Positions 37,149-46,872 of a stretch of DNA of 64,000 bases are shown here, piece by piece. Below the pieces are notes generated by a model. The model saw only the letters and a list, made by a program, of their open reading frames with translations, ran no database searches and was not told the DNA's origin. The stretch is from Vairimorpha necatrix (Eukaryota): positions 1,054,001 to 1,118,000 of the forward strand of contig CP142729.1 of NCBI GenBank assembly GCA_036630325.1, given 5' to 3'. The number at the start of each line of letters is the position of its first letter. The first letter of the stretch is position 1. The position numbers and the translations under genes are program-made.

Positions 37149-40100
37149 TGTTACAGGATGATAATCTAGTTACTGAGATTATCCTGTAATTACTTTATTG
37201 TAGATACTTACCCAAAGTATCTACTGTAAAATATTTACTATAAATAATAAATAAATATTTTACCCATCTAAAAATATTATGAAAAGGAAGGAGAAACTTT
37301 ATTTAACAAATGGCGACAACGAAGATGATAAGGAACCAGTAGAGAAACAAAAGACAAGGAATACAGTGGAGATGTTAGAAAAACAATTAGCTGCAATGAA
37401 GATCAACATCAGGGGTACATACAACTTCAGAAAATTTGATGGTAAAAGGACGGAAGCAGAAGAGTTCTTACTACAATTTAAACCATTTAGAGAATCTTGG
37501 ACTGAAGAAGAATATTTTGGTTTTGTAGAAACTAATCTCACTGGAAAAGCCCGACTCTGGTTTGAAGGCTCAAGATATAATGTGTTTGAAAGTGTAGTCG
37601 AGTTTGAACAACATTTCTTAGAATACTTCAGTCCCGAAGAAGTTTCTGGCAACAGTAAATTGTTGAATATACTATTACATAAGAAGCTGAGAGAATGTAA
37701 TAACGAGATATTATGGTTAGAAATTTACTCGATACACAAAAACATTACTATACCACTAAAAGATGTTATTAATACGGTAGTTATGAATATACCAGTTGGG
37801 AATGCAAATCGATACAGGGATTGTAAGAGTTGGATGGCAGTTTTGAAATTGGCAGTTAAGATAGATTCTGAGAATGAGAGTAAAGAACAATCTAAGATGC
37901 AAATTAGCAAGAATAAATCGGAAGATGCGAGAAGTAGTTTTCAAAAGAAATTGATTAGCTGTTATAATTGCAAAGGTCAACATTATAGAAGTAATTGTCC
38001 AGAACTATTAAAGAACAAATCGAACAATAAAATACAAACCAATACGGGTAACAGAAATGATTATAAGAAGTGTTCAGATAAGAAACTGATGACATTAACA
38101 TGTAGTAGTAAAGCAGCCAATGTCCCTAGATTTTTGGTGAAAATTGGCGGAGGAAAAGTACCAGCACTACTAGACTATGGAGCTGACATTAATTATATTA
38201 GTTACGACCTGGTGAAGATGTTAAATATCCCAATAGATATGGAAAATAGAATTTCGGTCAATTTAGCAACTAGAAAAGATAGCTCGGTTGGCATGTTAAA
38301 AGCGTTATTGCGTGATAAAAATAATCAGCACGCATACGAAACAGAATTTGCGGTAATGGAAGATCTTAATGAAAATATACTCATCGGTAGCATAACAAGT
38401 AGACATTTAGGCATTAAAGTTCATTGGGAAGAAAATGAAATTGAAATCTTTAATGATGGAACAAGGCTCAAATTGGAAACAGAAGAGTACAGTTTAAAAT
38501 CAGTAATAAGCGAGGAAATACCCATGGAAATAGAGGCATTAGAATGCAAGTTTGGTGAACATGAAGAAGTCAATAAAAATATTAAGTACTTACTGTATAA
38601 ATATATGAAAGAATCCGATAATAAGAAAGCCCTACCTTTTAGACATGATATTAAACTTAAAGATCAAAGTAAAACTATATGTTGTAAACCATATAGAAGA
38701 AATCCGCAACAGAATCTCATAATTAAAAATAAAATAGATGAGATGTTACAGAATGGATTGATACGAGAGAGCACGAGTAATTATGTTTCCCCTGTAGTGC
38801 TTGCACCTAAAAAAGACGGTGGTATGAGAATGTGTATTGACTATAGAAAGTTGAATGAAAACACAATCAGTACGCCATACCCGATCCCTCACATGGATGA
38901 AGCAATAGATGCTATCCAAGGGACAGATATGTACTCTACTTTAGATTTGGAGATGGGTTACCATCAGATCGAAATGAACCCAAGAGATATTCATAAAACT
39001 GCATTTATTGTAAAGCAAGGTGTATATGAATGGACTAAGATGCCATTTGGCTTAGTCAATGCCCCTTTTACGTTTCAGAAGATTATGAATTGGATATTTA
39101 AAGATATACTTTGGAGGAAAGTAGTTGTATACCTTGATGATATTTTAATATTCTCAAGAGGGAAAGACAAACATGTCGACGATGTGAGAGAAGTCCTGGA
39201 AATTTTGTCAAAATTTGGACTCAGACTTAACATGAAGAAATGTGCATTCGCAGTGAGTAAAATTGATTTTTTAGGACACACTGTAGAGAATGGAGAACTT
39301 AAAATTAAATCGGACCAATTGGATAAGGTTAACACCCTAGAAAATCCAAAGAACGTCAGCGACTTAAGAAAACTTTTAGGATTTATAGTATATTTTAAAC
39401 GATTTATACCATCATATACCATGAAGGCTATGCCGTTATTAAAAAGGTTAAAGAAAGGTAATTTTATATTTGGAGACGAAGAAGAAAAGGCTTTAGAGCT
39501 CCTGAAACAAGAAATATTAAATGCCAAACCTTTACTTTTACCAGATATGAATAAGACATTTTATTTATATACGGATGCCTCAGACATTGGAATTGCGGGA
39601 GTACTTACACAATTTACAGATACGGGAAAAGAAATGCCTATAACCTGGATAAGTAGAACGCTAAATAGCGCCGAAATTAATTACACTACAACTGAGAAAG
39701 AGTGTTTAGCTATTGTATGGTCTATTGAAAAACTTAAAGTATATTTGTTTAACAATTTTATCATCAGGACAGATCATAGTTCCTTAATATGGTTAATGAA
39801 ACAGAAAACACCTATAGGAAGATTGGCAAGATGGATAATGAAACTGCAAAACTATAAATATGAAATCGAACATATAAAAGGTTCAGATAACGTTTTGGCT
39901 GATGTACTTTCACGTGGTGTATTAGAAAATAGCCAATTAAGAAAGTGTCAAACAGTGGTTAAAAATGAAGAAAGAATAAATGTTGAAGAAGACAATGAAA
40001 CAATAATAAAACTGATACAGAGAGCACACTTAGAGCTTGGCCATGGAGGTATAGATTCTACTATAATGTACATCAGAAATATTGCGAGTGTACCAAATAT

Positions 40101-41216
40101 AAGAAACAGAGTAGTTGAATACATTCGTAACTGTGAAACTTGTAGAAGATTTAGAGACAAGACGTTGCAAAATAATATTAGACGTGTGGAAATAAAAAGT
40201 TCGTTCTATATGATTGGGTTGGATATAGTTGGTCCTTTACCCCCAACAGACGGTGGAAATAAATTTATTCTGGTAGGAACAGACTACCTAACTAAATGGG
40301 CAGAAGTGAGAGCTTTAAAAAGAAAAGATGCGGAATCTGTAGCGAAATTTATTTATGAAGAATTTTTATTGAGACATGGACCTCCGGAAGTAATCTTGAC
40401 TGATCAAGGACTTGAGTTTAACAATAAAATCATAAAGAAACTGTGTTTAATGATAAATACTAGAAAGTCGTTTACAAGCGCCTACCATCCAAGATGTAAT
40501 GGACAAACGGAGAGACTAAACCGTACACTTATTGCAAGGTTGGCTAAGATATGCAATGGAAGATGGTCAGAGTGGGATATGTTCCTACCAATCGCGCTAT
40601 ACGCATATAGGATAACACCACTAATAAAATTCAAGAGTAGTCCTTTTAGATTGTTATATGGGAGAGAGCCTAAGGATATAACTACGGAGAAAGAAGATGG
40701 TGGAGCAGCATTTATAGAAGAAAACGATACACTTAAGAAGATCGATTTGTTACGGAAAAAGTTACACGAAAAGGTTATAGAAGATAGAAATAGAGACATA
40801 CAACGCGCGAATGATAGAGTTAAAGGCAAAAATATTCAAGTAGGAGATGCGGTTATGAAGAAAAAGGAATCATTTGAAAAACTGAATAAGCTTGATGATA
40901 AATGGACAGGACCTTATCTGGTAAGAAGAAAGTTTGACTCTGGTGGTTTCGAGATCGAGGACATGTATGGAAAACTATTTCGGTATAATGAAAAAGACTT
41001 ACAACTAATTGAGAATTCAGATCCCACGGATTGGGAGAGTTTAAAGAAAGGGAGTATGTTACAGGATGATAATCTAGTTACTGAGATTATCCTGTAATTA
41101 CTTTATTGTAGATACTTACCCAAAGTATCTACTGTAAAATATTTACTATAAATAATAAATAAATATTTTACCCATCTAAAAATATTATGAAAAGGAAGGA
41201 GAAACTTTATTTAACA
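37149..41216 (+). mobile_element. Intact Ty3/Gypsy LTR retrotransposon with identical 160-bp LTRs
   Basis: LTRs 37149-37308 and 41057-41216 (TG..CA); TSD GTTTC; PBS-like TGGCGACAAC; PPT aaagaaagggag. Confidence 0.97.
37279..41097 (+). CDS. Single-ORF Gag-Pol polyprotein (gag, CCHC, PR, RT, RNase H, IN)
   Basis: CYNCKGQHYRSNC; LLDYGAD; YLDD; TDASD; HHCC motif with D..TDQG..E; GPY. Starts in the 5' LTR and stops in the 3' LTR. Confidence 0.95.
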   Translation: MKRKEKLYLTNGDNEDDKEPVEKQKTRNTVEMLEKQLAAMKINIRGTYNFRKFDGKRTEAEEFLLQFKPFRESWTEEEYFGFVETNLTGKARLWFEGSRYNVFESVVEFEQHFLEYFSPEEVSGNSKLLNILLHKKLRECNNEILWLEIYSIHKNITIPLKDVINTVVMNIPVGNANRYRDCKSWMAVLKLAVKIDSENESKEQSKMQISKNKSEDARSSFQKKLISCYNCKGQHYRSNCPELLKNKSNNKIQTNTGNRNDYKKCSDKKLMTLTCSSKAANVPRFLVKIGGGKVPALLDYGADINYISYDLVKMLNIPIDMENRISVNLATRKDSSVGMLKALLRDKNNQHAYETEFAVMEDLNENILIGSITSRHLGIKVHWEENEIEIFNDGTRLKLETEEYSLKSVISEEIPMEIEALECKFGEHEEVNKNIKYLLYKYMKESDNKKALPFRHDIKLKDQSKTICCKPYRRNPQQNLIIKNKIDEMLQNGLIRESTSNYVSPVVLAPKKDGGMRMCIDYRKLNENTISTPYPIPHMDEAIDAIQGTDMYSTLDLEMGYHQIEMNPRDIHKTAFIVKQGVYEWTKMPFGLVNAPFTFQKIMNWIFKDILWRKVVVYLDDILIFSRGKDKHVDDVREVLEILSKFGLRLNMKKCAFAVSKIDFLGHTVENGELKIKSDQLDKVNTLENPKNVSDLRKLLGFIVYFKRFIPSYTMKAMPLLKRLKKGNFIFGDEEEKALELLKQEILNAKPLLLPDMNKTFYLYTDASDIGIAGVLTQFTDTGKEMPITWISRTLNSAEINYTTTEKECLAIVWSIEKLKVYLFNNFIIRTDHSSLIWLMKQKTPIGRLARWIMKLQNYKYEIEHIKGSDNVLADVLSRGVLENSQLRKCQTVVKNEERINVEEDNETIIKLIQRAHLELGHGGIDSTIMYIRNIASVPNIRNRVVEYIRNCETCRRFRDKTLQNNIRRVEIKSSFYMIGLDIVGPLPPTDGGNKFILVGTDYLTKWAEVRALKRKDAESVAKFIYEEFLLRHGPPEVILTDQGLEFNNKIIKKLCLMINTRKSFTSAYHPRCNGQTERLNRTLIARLAKICNGRWSEWDMFLPIALYAYRITPLIKFKSSPFRLLYGREPKDITTEKEDGGAAFIEENDTLKKIDLLRKKLHEKVIEDRNRDIQRANDRVKGKNIQVGDAVMKKKESFEKLNKLDDKWTGPYLVRRKFDSGGFEIEDMYGKLFRYNEKDLQLIENSDPTDWESLKKGSMLQDDNLVTEIIL

Positions 41217-41323
41217 GTTTCTAAAATAAGATATAAAATAATATTGATTTTAATGATAATATTTCATTTTTTAATTTTGATATTAAAAACAAAATATATA
41301 ATTGAACTATATTTAATCAAGTT

Positions 41324-44300
41324 TGTTGATATTTTTATATTTTTATATTTTTATTACCCCAATTTTTAAGATGAGTAAGGAAGTGGAGGAGAAGAATCTC
41401 ATAAATAAAATGGTGGAGAATATGAAAACAAAGCCAGTTGAAACTACCATCAAAAAGGAAAATTTGATGAGTGAATGTAGAAGGTTAGAAAATATGACCT
41501 TCTTCAGAGAAATGTGCGATGAGAGGAAAATCGAATATTTGATTGGAAGAGCTGACTACTTTATAGTAGATTGGCACCATGAGTTGATGGACACTAAAAG
41601 GAGGTGTTCGTTGGATTACGAAAAATGGAAAGAGTTGGCTAGAACCGAATTTGAAAAGAAAAGGCTTACTATAGGGGAGTTATATCGCATGGTACAACAA
41701 GATGAAGAAACTATACCAACGTTTATAGAAAGAGTTAGAGATTCAGCCAGAGAGTACAAACTTGCAAAAAAGGAAATCATTGATATAATTACAGCTGGAC
41801 TTAAAACAGGAATGGGCGATGTAAAAAGATTTTTATTGGCAAATAGTGATATTACAGATGAAAATCTAGAGACAATCAAGAAATTGGAAAGTGAGTGTAC
41901 AGCTGAATTACACCGAATTAATGATTTAAAATTGATGATTGAAAAAATTGATACTCTTAAATTTCAGGGCAAGAAAACAGTTAAATGTTACAACTGTAAT
42001 AGCTTAGGCCATTATGCTAGAGATTGTCGAAAGCCAAAGAGAAGTGAAAATCTTAGGAGAAACATTAATGAAATTACTGAAGAACTTAGAGATTTATTAA
42101 ATAAAGAAAATTCAGTTTACATTTGTGGAGAGAAGGTTCCAGTATTGTTTGATACAGGTGCAAATTATAATTTTATAAGTAGTGCTAGTGTAGCAAGATT
42201 CAACCTTTTAACACATAATAACACAAGGAAATTAAGATTTTGGACATGTTTGGAAGAATCATTTGTGATAAAAAGACATGTTATATTAAATTATACATAT
42301 AAAGGACATTTATATAGATCAAAGTTTTATATATTGCCAAAAGTACGAACTGAAAAAATCCTATTTGGTAGAGAAACATTAATTAGACTTAATAATATTG
42401 AGAAACTGAGTTATACATGTGAAATCAAAACACCTGAAGGCTCAAAAGTGATCGAAAAGATATATAATTTACCAAAGAAATTGGAAGCAGGAATTGAAAT
42501 TGCTATTAATAAATTATTAGAAAAGGGATATATACAAAACTCAAAATCAACGTGGGTTAGTAATTTGAGACCCGTGATAAAGCCAGATGGCACTGTAAGG
42601 GTTACAACCAATTTAATAGCACTTAATAGGTTGGTAGAACAGGATAATTATTCTTTACCAAGAATAGATGAAATCCTTTGTAATTTAAGAGACATGACAG
42701 TATTTTCTAAATTGGATTTGAAGGATGGATTTTTTCAAATTCCATTGGCACCGAAAGATAGATATAAAACGGCATTCAGATATAAACATAAATTATATGA
42801 GTGGAAAGTAATGCCACAGGGGTTTAAGAATGCTCCAGCAATATTTCAACGAAAAATGGATAAAGTTTTGAGAGATGAAATTGGTAAAAGTTGTTTCTGC
42901 TACGTAGATGATATTCTAATATTTGGAAAAACTGCAAAAGAGCATGACGAATCATATAATAGAATTCGAAAACTTTTACTAGAAAATGGTCTCAAAATCA
43001 ATGAGGAAAAGTGTGTATTTAGACAATCCGAAGTTCTATTCCTGGGATACAAAATTAAACACAACATCATTATTCCGCTCATAGATAAGATGCAAGCTAT
43101 TGAGGATTTAAAACCACCTAAGGACAAAAAACAGATTCAAGAATTTTTAGGTGCCATAAACTATTATAGAAAATTCATTAAAAACTGTTCAATTGTATGT
43201 GGTCCTTTGTATGAATTATTGAAAAATAAGAAAGAATTCAAATGGACGAATATAGAAGAGAACGCTTTTAAAGAAGTTAAAAGAATTTTTATTAATACGG
43301 TAGGACTATTTCAGCCAGATTGGTCAAAAGAATTTAAACTAGAGACCGACGCTTCAAATGAAGGTATAGCTGCAATACTCTCGCAAAATTTTGATGGAGA
43401 TGAAAAACCAATTGCATTTGCATCGAGAAGGTTATTAGAACATGAGATTAAATATAGTATCAGCGAAAAGGAATGTCTGGCCATGTTATGGGCAATGGAA
43501 CACTTTCGATATTTTTTATACGGTACACATTTTGAAATTATCACAGATCATAAAGCGTTAGAAGCATTAAATAAGGGTCAAATTAAGTCTCTGAGAATAC
43601 AAAGATGGCTAGATAGAATGTCATTGTTTAATTTTAGAATTAGATATAGACGAGGTAAAGAAATTCCTCACGTGGATTGCCTAAGTCGAAATTCTGGATT
43701 GGCAACAAACGACAAGAGATTAAATTTACACGAAGGATCGATAAATCAATGTGAAGAAATGGACGAAAAGAAAATGCTTCAGATGATTCGCGAAATTCAT
43801 AATGAGTTACTTCACCGTGGGATACAATCAGTAAAATATGAGATGTATAAAAGAGGTATTAATATAAAAAATTCACAAAAATTGATTAGAAAAATTATAG
43901 ATTCGTGTGAAACATGCAACGAGTACAATTCTAAAAAATCTAAACAACACATATTTGTTACCTCGTATGCAAAGGGAGAAAAAATTGCTATAGATATAAT
44001 AGGTCCAATAAACACACAATACATTATAACTGGGATTGATTATTTTACGAGAAAAGGATTTGCTAAAGTGATAAATAAGAGAAAAGATGAAAATGTAGTT
44101 AACTTTCTAAAAGAAATAAGTTCATCTATGCCTTTGAAGACATTGATCCTGGATCAATCGAAAGAAAATCTCAGTAGTAAGGTAAAAATGTTTTGCCAAG
44201 CAAATAAAATAGAATTACATTATACCACACCTTTCCATCACCAGTCAAATGGGCGTGTAGAAAGGTTTAATCGTACTTTACAAGATTTAATTTATAAAAA

Positions 44301-44778
44301 TAAAAAGGAAAAATTACTTACTGAAAAGGTTAACAGAGGAATAGAGATATACAATAATAGCTATCATTCGGCTACGAGGATGACGCCAAATGAAGCTTTC
44401 TCGTTAGAAAATACGGATGAATTAAAAAATGTACAAATTAAGAATATTGTTGCATATAATACAGCCCAAATGAGGAAACCAAAAGAAATTAAATTAAATA
44501 TGGGCGATATAGTAATTATCAAAGAAGAAGGAATAATAAAGAAGGGACAACCTAGATTTAAATTAAGGGGTAAAATTCATAAATGTTTAGAGGGTAATAC
44601 GTACATGATAGACACCGGTAAAAGAAAGTTTAAAAGGCATATATCTCAACTCAAACTTGTCATTGATGACCCCATCCTTTAAGCGGAGGGATGTTGATAT
44701 TTTTATATTTTTATATTTTTATTACCCCAATTTTTAAGATGAGTAAGGAAGTGGAGGAGAAGAATCTCATAAATAAAA
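41324..44778 (+). mobile_element. Intact Ty3/Gypsy LTR retrotransposon, 3455 bp, identical 87-bp LTRs
   Basis: LTRs 41324-41410 and 44692-44778 (TG..AA); TSD AAGTT; PBS TGGTGGAGAAT; PPT aagcggaggga. Confidence 0.97.
41371..44682 (+). CDS. Single-ORF Gag-Pol polyprotein
   Basis: Likely start is the ATG at 41371, after CCCC inside the LTR; CYNCNSLGHYARDC; LFDTGA; YVDD; TDAS; HHCC motif; ILDQSKE..NGRVERFN. Confidence 0.93.
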   Translation: MSKEVEEKNLINKMVENMKTKPVETTIKKENLMSECRRLENMTFFREMCDERKIEYLIGRADYFIVDWHHELMDTKRRCSLDYEKWKELARTEFEKKRLTIGELYRMVQQDEETIPTFIERVRDSAREYKLAKKEIIDIITAGLKTGMGDVKRFLLANSDITDENLETIKKLESECTAELHRINDLKLMIEKIDTLKFQGKKTVKCYNCNSLGHYARDCRKPKRSENLRRNINEITEELRDLLNKENSVYICGEKVPVLFDTGANYNFISSASVARFNLLTHNNTRKLRFWTCLEESFVIKRHVILNYTYKGHLYRSKFYILPKVRTEKILFGRETLIRLNNIEKLSYTCEIKTPEGSKVIEKIYNLPKKLEAGIEIAINKLLEKGYIQNSKSTWVSNLRPVIKPDGTVRVTTNLIALNRLVEQDNYSLPRIDEILCNLRDMTVFSKLDLKDGFFQIPLAPKDRYKTAFRYKHKLYEWKVMPQGFKNAPAIFQRKMDKVLRDEIGKSCFCYVDDILIFGKTAKEHDESYNRIRKLLLENGLKINEEKCVFRQSEVLFLGYKIKHNIIIPLIDKMQAIEDLKPPKDKKQIQEFLGAINYYRKFIKNCSIVCGPLYELLKNKKEFKWTNIEENAFKEVKRIFINTVGLFQPDWSKEFKLETDASNEGIAAILSQNFDGDEKPIAFASRRLLEHEIKYSISEKECLAMLWAMEHFRYFLYGTHFEIITDHKALEALNKGQIKSLRIQRWLDRMSLFNFRIRYRRGKEIPHVDCLSRNSGLATNDKRLNLHEGSINQCEEMDEKKMLQMIREIHNELLHRGIQSVKYEMYKRGINIKNSQKLIRKIIDSCETCNEYNSKKSKQHIFVTSYAKGEKIAIDIIGPINTQYIITGIDYFTRKGFAKVINKRKDENVVNFLKEISSSMPLKTLILDQSKENLSSKVKMFCQANKIELHYTTPFHHQSNGRVERFNRTLQDLIYKNKKEKLLTEKVNRGIEIYNNSYHSATRMTPNEAFSLENTDELKNVQIKNIVAYNTAQMRKPKEIKLNMGDIVIIKEEGIIKKGQPRFKLRGKIHKCLEGNTYMIDTGKRKFKRHISQLKLVIDDPIL

Positions 44779-44851
44779 AAGTTTATTGGTAAAATAACTA
44801 CATAAAAATGCTTTTTGTCTGATTTGCATGTAAAAAATAAACGAAATACAA

Positions 44852-45556
44852 TTTTTTTTTCTTTGCAAGTAAAGATAGGGAGATACCTTACATAAACACC
44901 AGTATATGTTGTTGTCTGATATTTAACTAACTGTTACTGTGAAATCTTATTCACAAAATCTCCCTCCTTATAACTTGTTAAGGTTAAACTTCGCCCGTAA
45001 ATGTTGACTAAAGCCATAGAATAATTTTCCATCTATACCCCAATTTGTATCCGGATTGACCTCATAAGAAAAATATTTATGGGAATTGTTTTAATACCCC
45101 GAAAAGCGACATCATTATATAAGTTCAAAGGCCTACAATTATTTTCTATCGCATTCATAACAACTTTAACAAACGGAGCTGTCGTTTTTATTGGACTACG
45201 TTGGGCGCTATTCTGCTGGCAGTTTAGATATCGTGTTACAGAATTCTGTAAAGTAGTGTCACAGGAATTTTTTATTTTTCTACTTAGTCCAGTCTCTCAA
45301 TAAGATCTGGGTTCATACGCCGAGTGTATCAGTCATAAGCTTGAACTAGACCGCTTTAAACTGTTTTTTTATTTATAATAATCATCTCAAAGAAATTTTT
45401 GCCTTTAAATACATCTTTACACTCGATAAGAATCCCAGCATGGCAGAACTATCACAAATATATTAAATTAACTATATTTAATTGGCAACATAAAAGCATC
45501 GAATTATTTTTATTCGCATCATAGAAAGTAGAAACTTTTCTACACCTCTGGGATTC
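44852..45556 (-). mobile_element. tRNA-derived SINE, AT-eroded copy with most of the head lost
   Basis: Colinear with 26350-27080 (ttgcaagtaaa..ccttacat, ttccatctatacc, gtttttattgg.ct.cgttg, gcatcatagaaagtagaaac). Confidence 0.85.
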
Positions 45557-46872
45557 TTCCTAGAAAAGGCAAAAGGGACCTCTGCCTTTGGACAAAATTC
45601 GCAAGCTCATGTATAACTAAATAAACCCAGAAGAGCTACCTTTGAAAAAAAACAAATTAATGATGTAAATTATTTTATTGTTAATTAATTGGCTACGTTA
45701 GACATGAGCGTAAATTGTTAAGTCTTCGTTAACATAATCGCCCTTTCTTGGTATTGAGTCCCAAGGGTAAGGTTTGTTGTGTCTTTTTATAGAGATCATG
45801 GTCTTCTCCGTTTTACGTTCCGAAAAAAAAATGGGCAGCAAAAGCTAATTATAAAATCAATAAAAACTTCCTTTATCTCATTCTTACTTACATTATCTAA
45901 AATTTTTTAAAAATAATTTTTTCGAGCCAAGATTCCATTTTCACAGGGGGTTTCCGTGCTGTTTAGTCATTTCTGGTTTCAACCCAGACGAAAATTTTTA
46001 ATGTTATTAGTATAAAATCTTTCTTCATTAGTAAATCTTTTTGAATGATTATCAATAATGTGTTCAAGATTTAGATTCGTTGCCACATTAGGAGAACTAG
46101 GAAGGCTTTCAGAAATAAGAACCGATCAGGGTAGGACTATATCTCCTATTATCCTTGTTAAAGTATTTATTTTTCGATCTAAAACTAGTACAAATAAAAA
46201 ACTTTTCTATTTACAGCTCTATCGACCCCAAAATTCATACAGTATCTTTTGCTCCATCATCAGTTCTTGATGGAACTCTAATAGTTTTCTATTCTACACA
46301 GTACAGTTTCAATAGCTTGAACTTTAACAAGCGAACCGCCAATTTTGCAATCGGTTTCCAATTTCTCCTTATATTTTCCCCTTAATTTAAGCTTCATTTT
46401 TAAAATAATGTCATTTGACACACCCGTTAAACTAATAATTAATAATAGTTGCTGTTAAAAAAATCAAGAACACAACAAAAAGATAAGTTTTAAATGATGC
46501 CATGATGCAAGGTAAAATTTTATTCTTTGCCCATCATTCTTGTATCGACAACTATAAATTTATCTTTCATTTCCTTTTTCCATAAACATCACAAGCTTTG
46601 CTACAACATGATCACAAGAACCACATCATCTAGTTAAATTGAAGATTTCAGTCTCTTTCATTTAGTCTTTACGCGGGCAAGACAGAAAAACATAGGATGT
46701 CTAAAATTATAAAAATTTCATTTTGTCTTTTTGGGTTCTTTTTAAAAAAAATAAAATCCATAAATTATTGCTTTTCATTGTTTTGTTGTCCCTTTTTTGA
46801 GACCGTCCCGTGAAACGGAGAAGCGTCGAATGAAGAGCTGTTAATATTTTCATATGAGTTGTTTATCGTCGA

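Noticed and set aside
41187-41369. 60-aa ORF starting MKRKEKLYLT as a gene
   Set aside because: It is the 3' LTR copy of the gag start running into AT-rich flank.
41323-41370. ORF-track start MLIFLYFY as the Gag N-terminus or a signal peptide
   Set aside because: It is a TTG start overlapping the TSD/LTR edge; the ATG at 41371 after CCCC is the plausible start.
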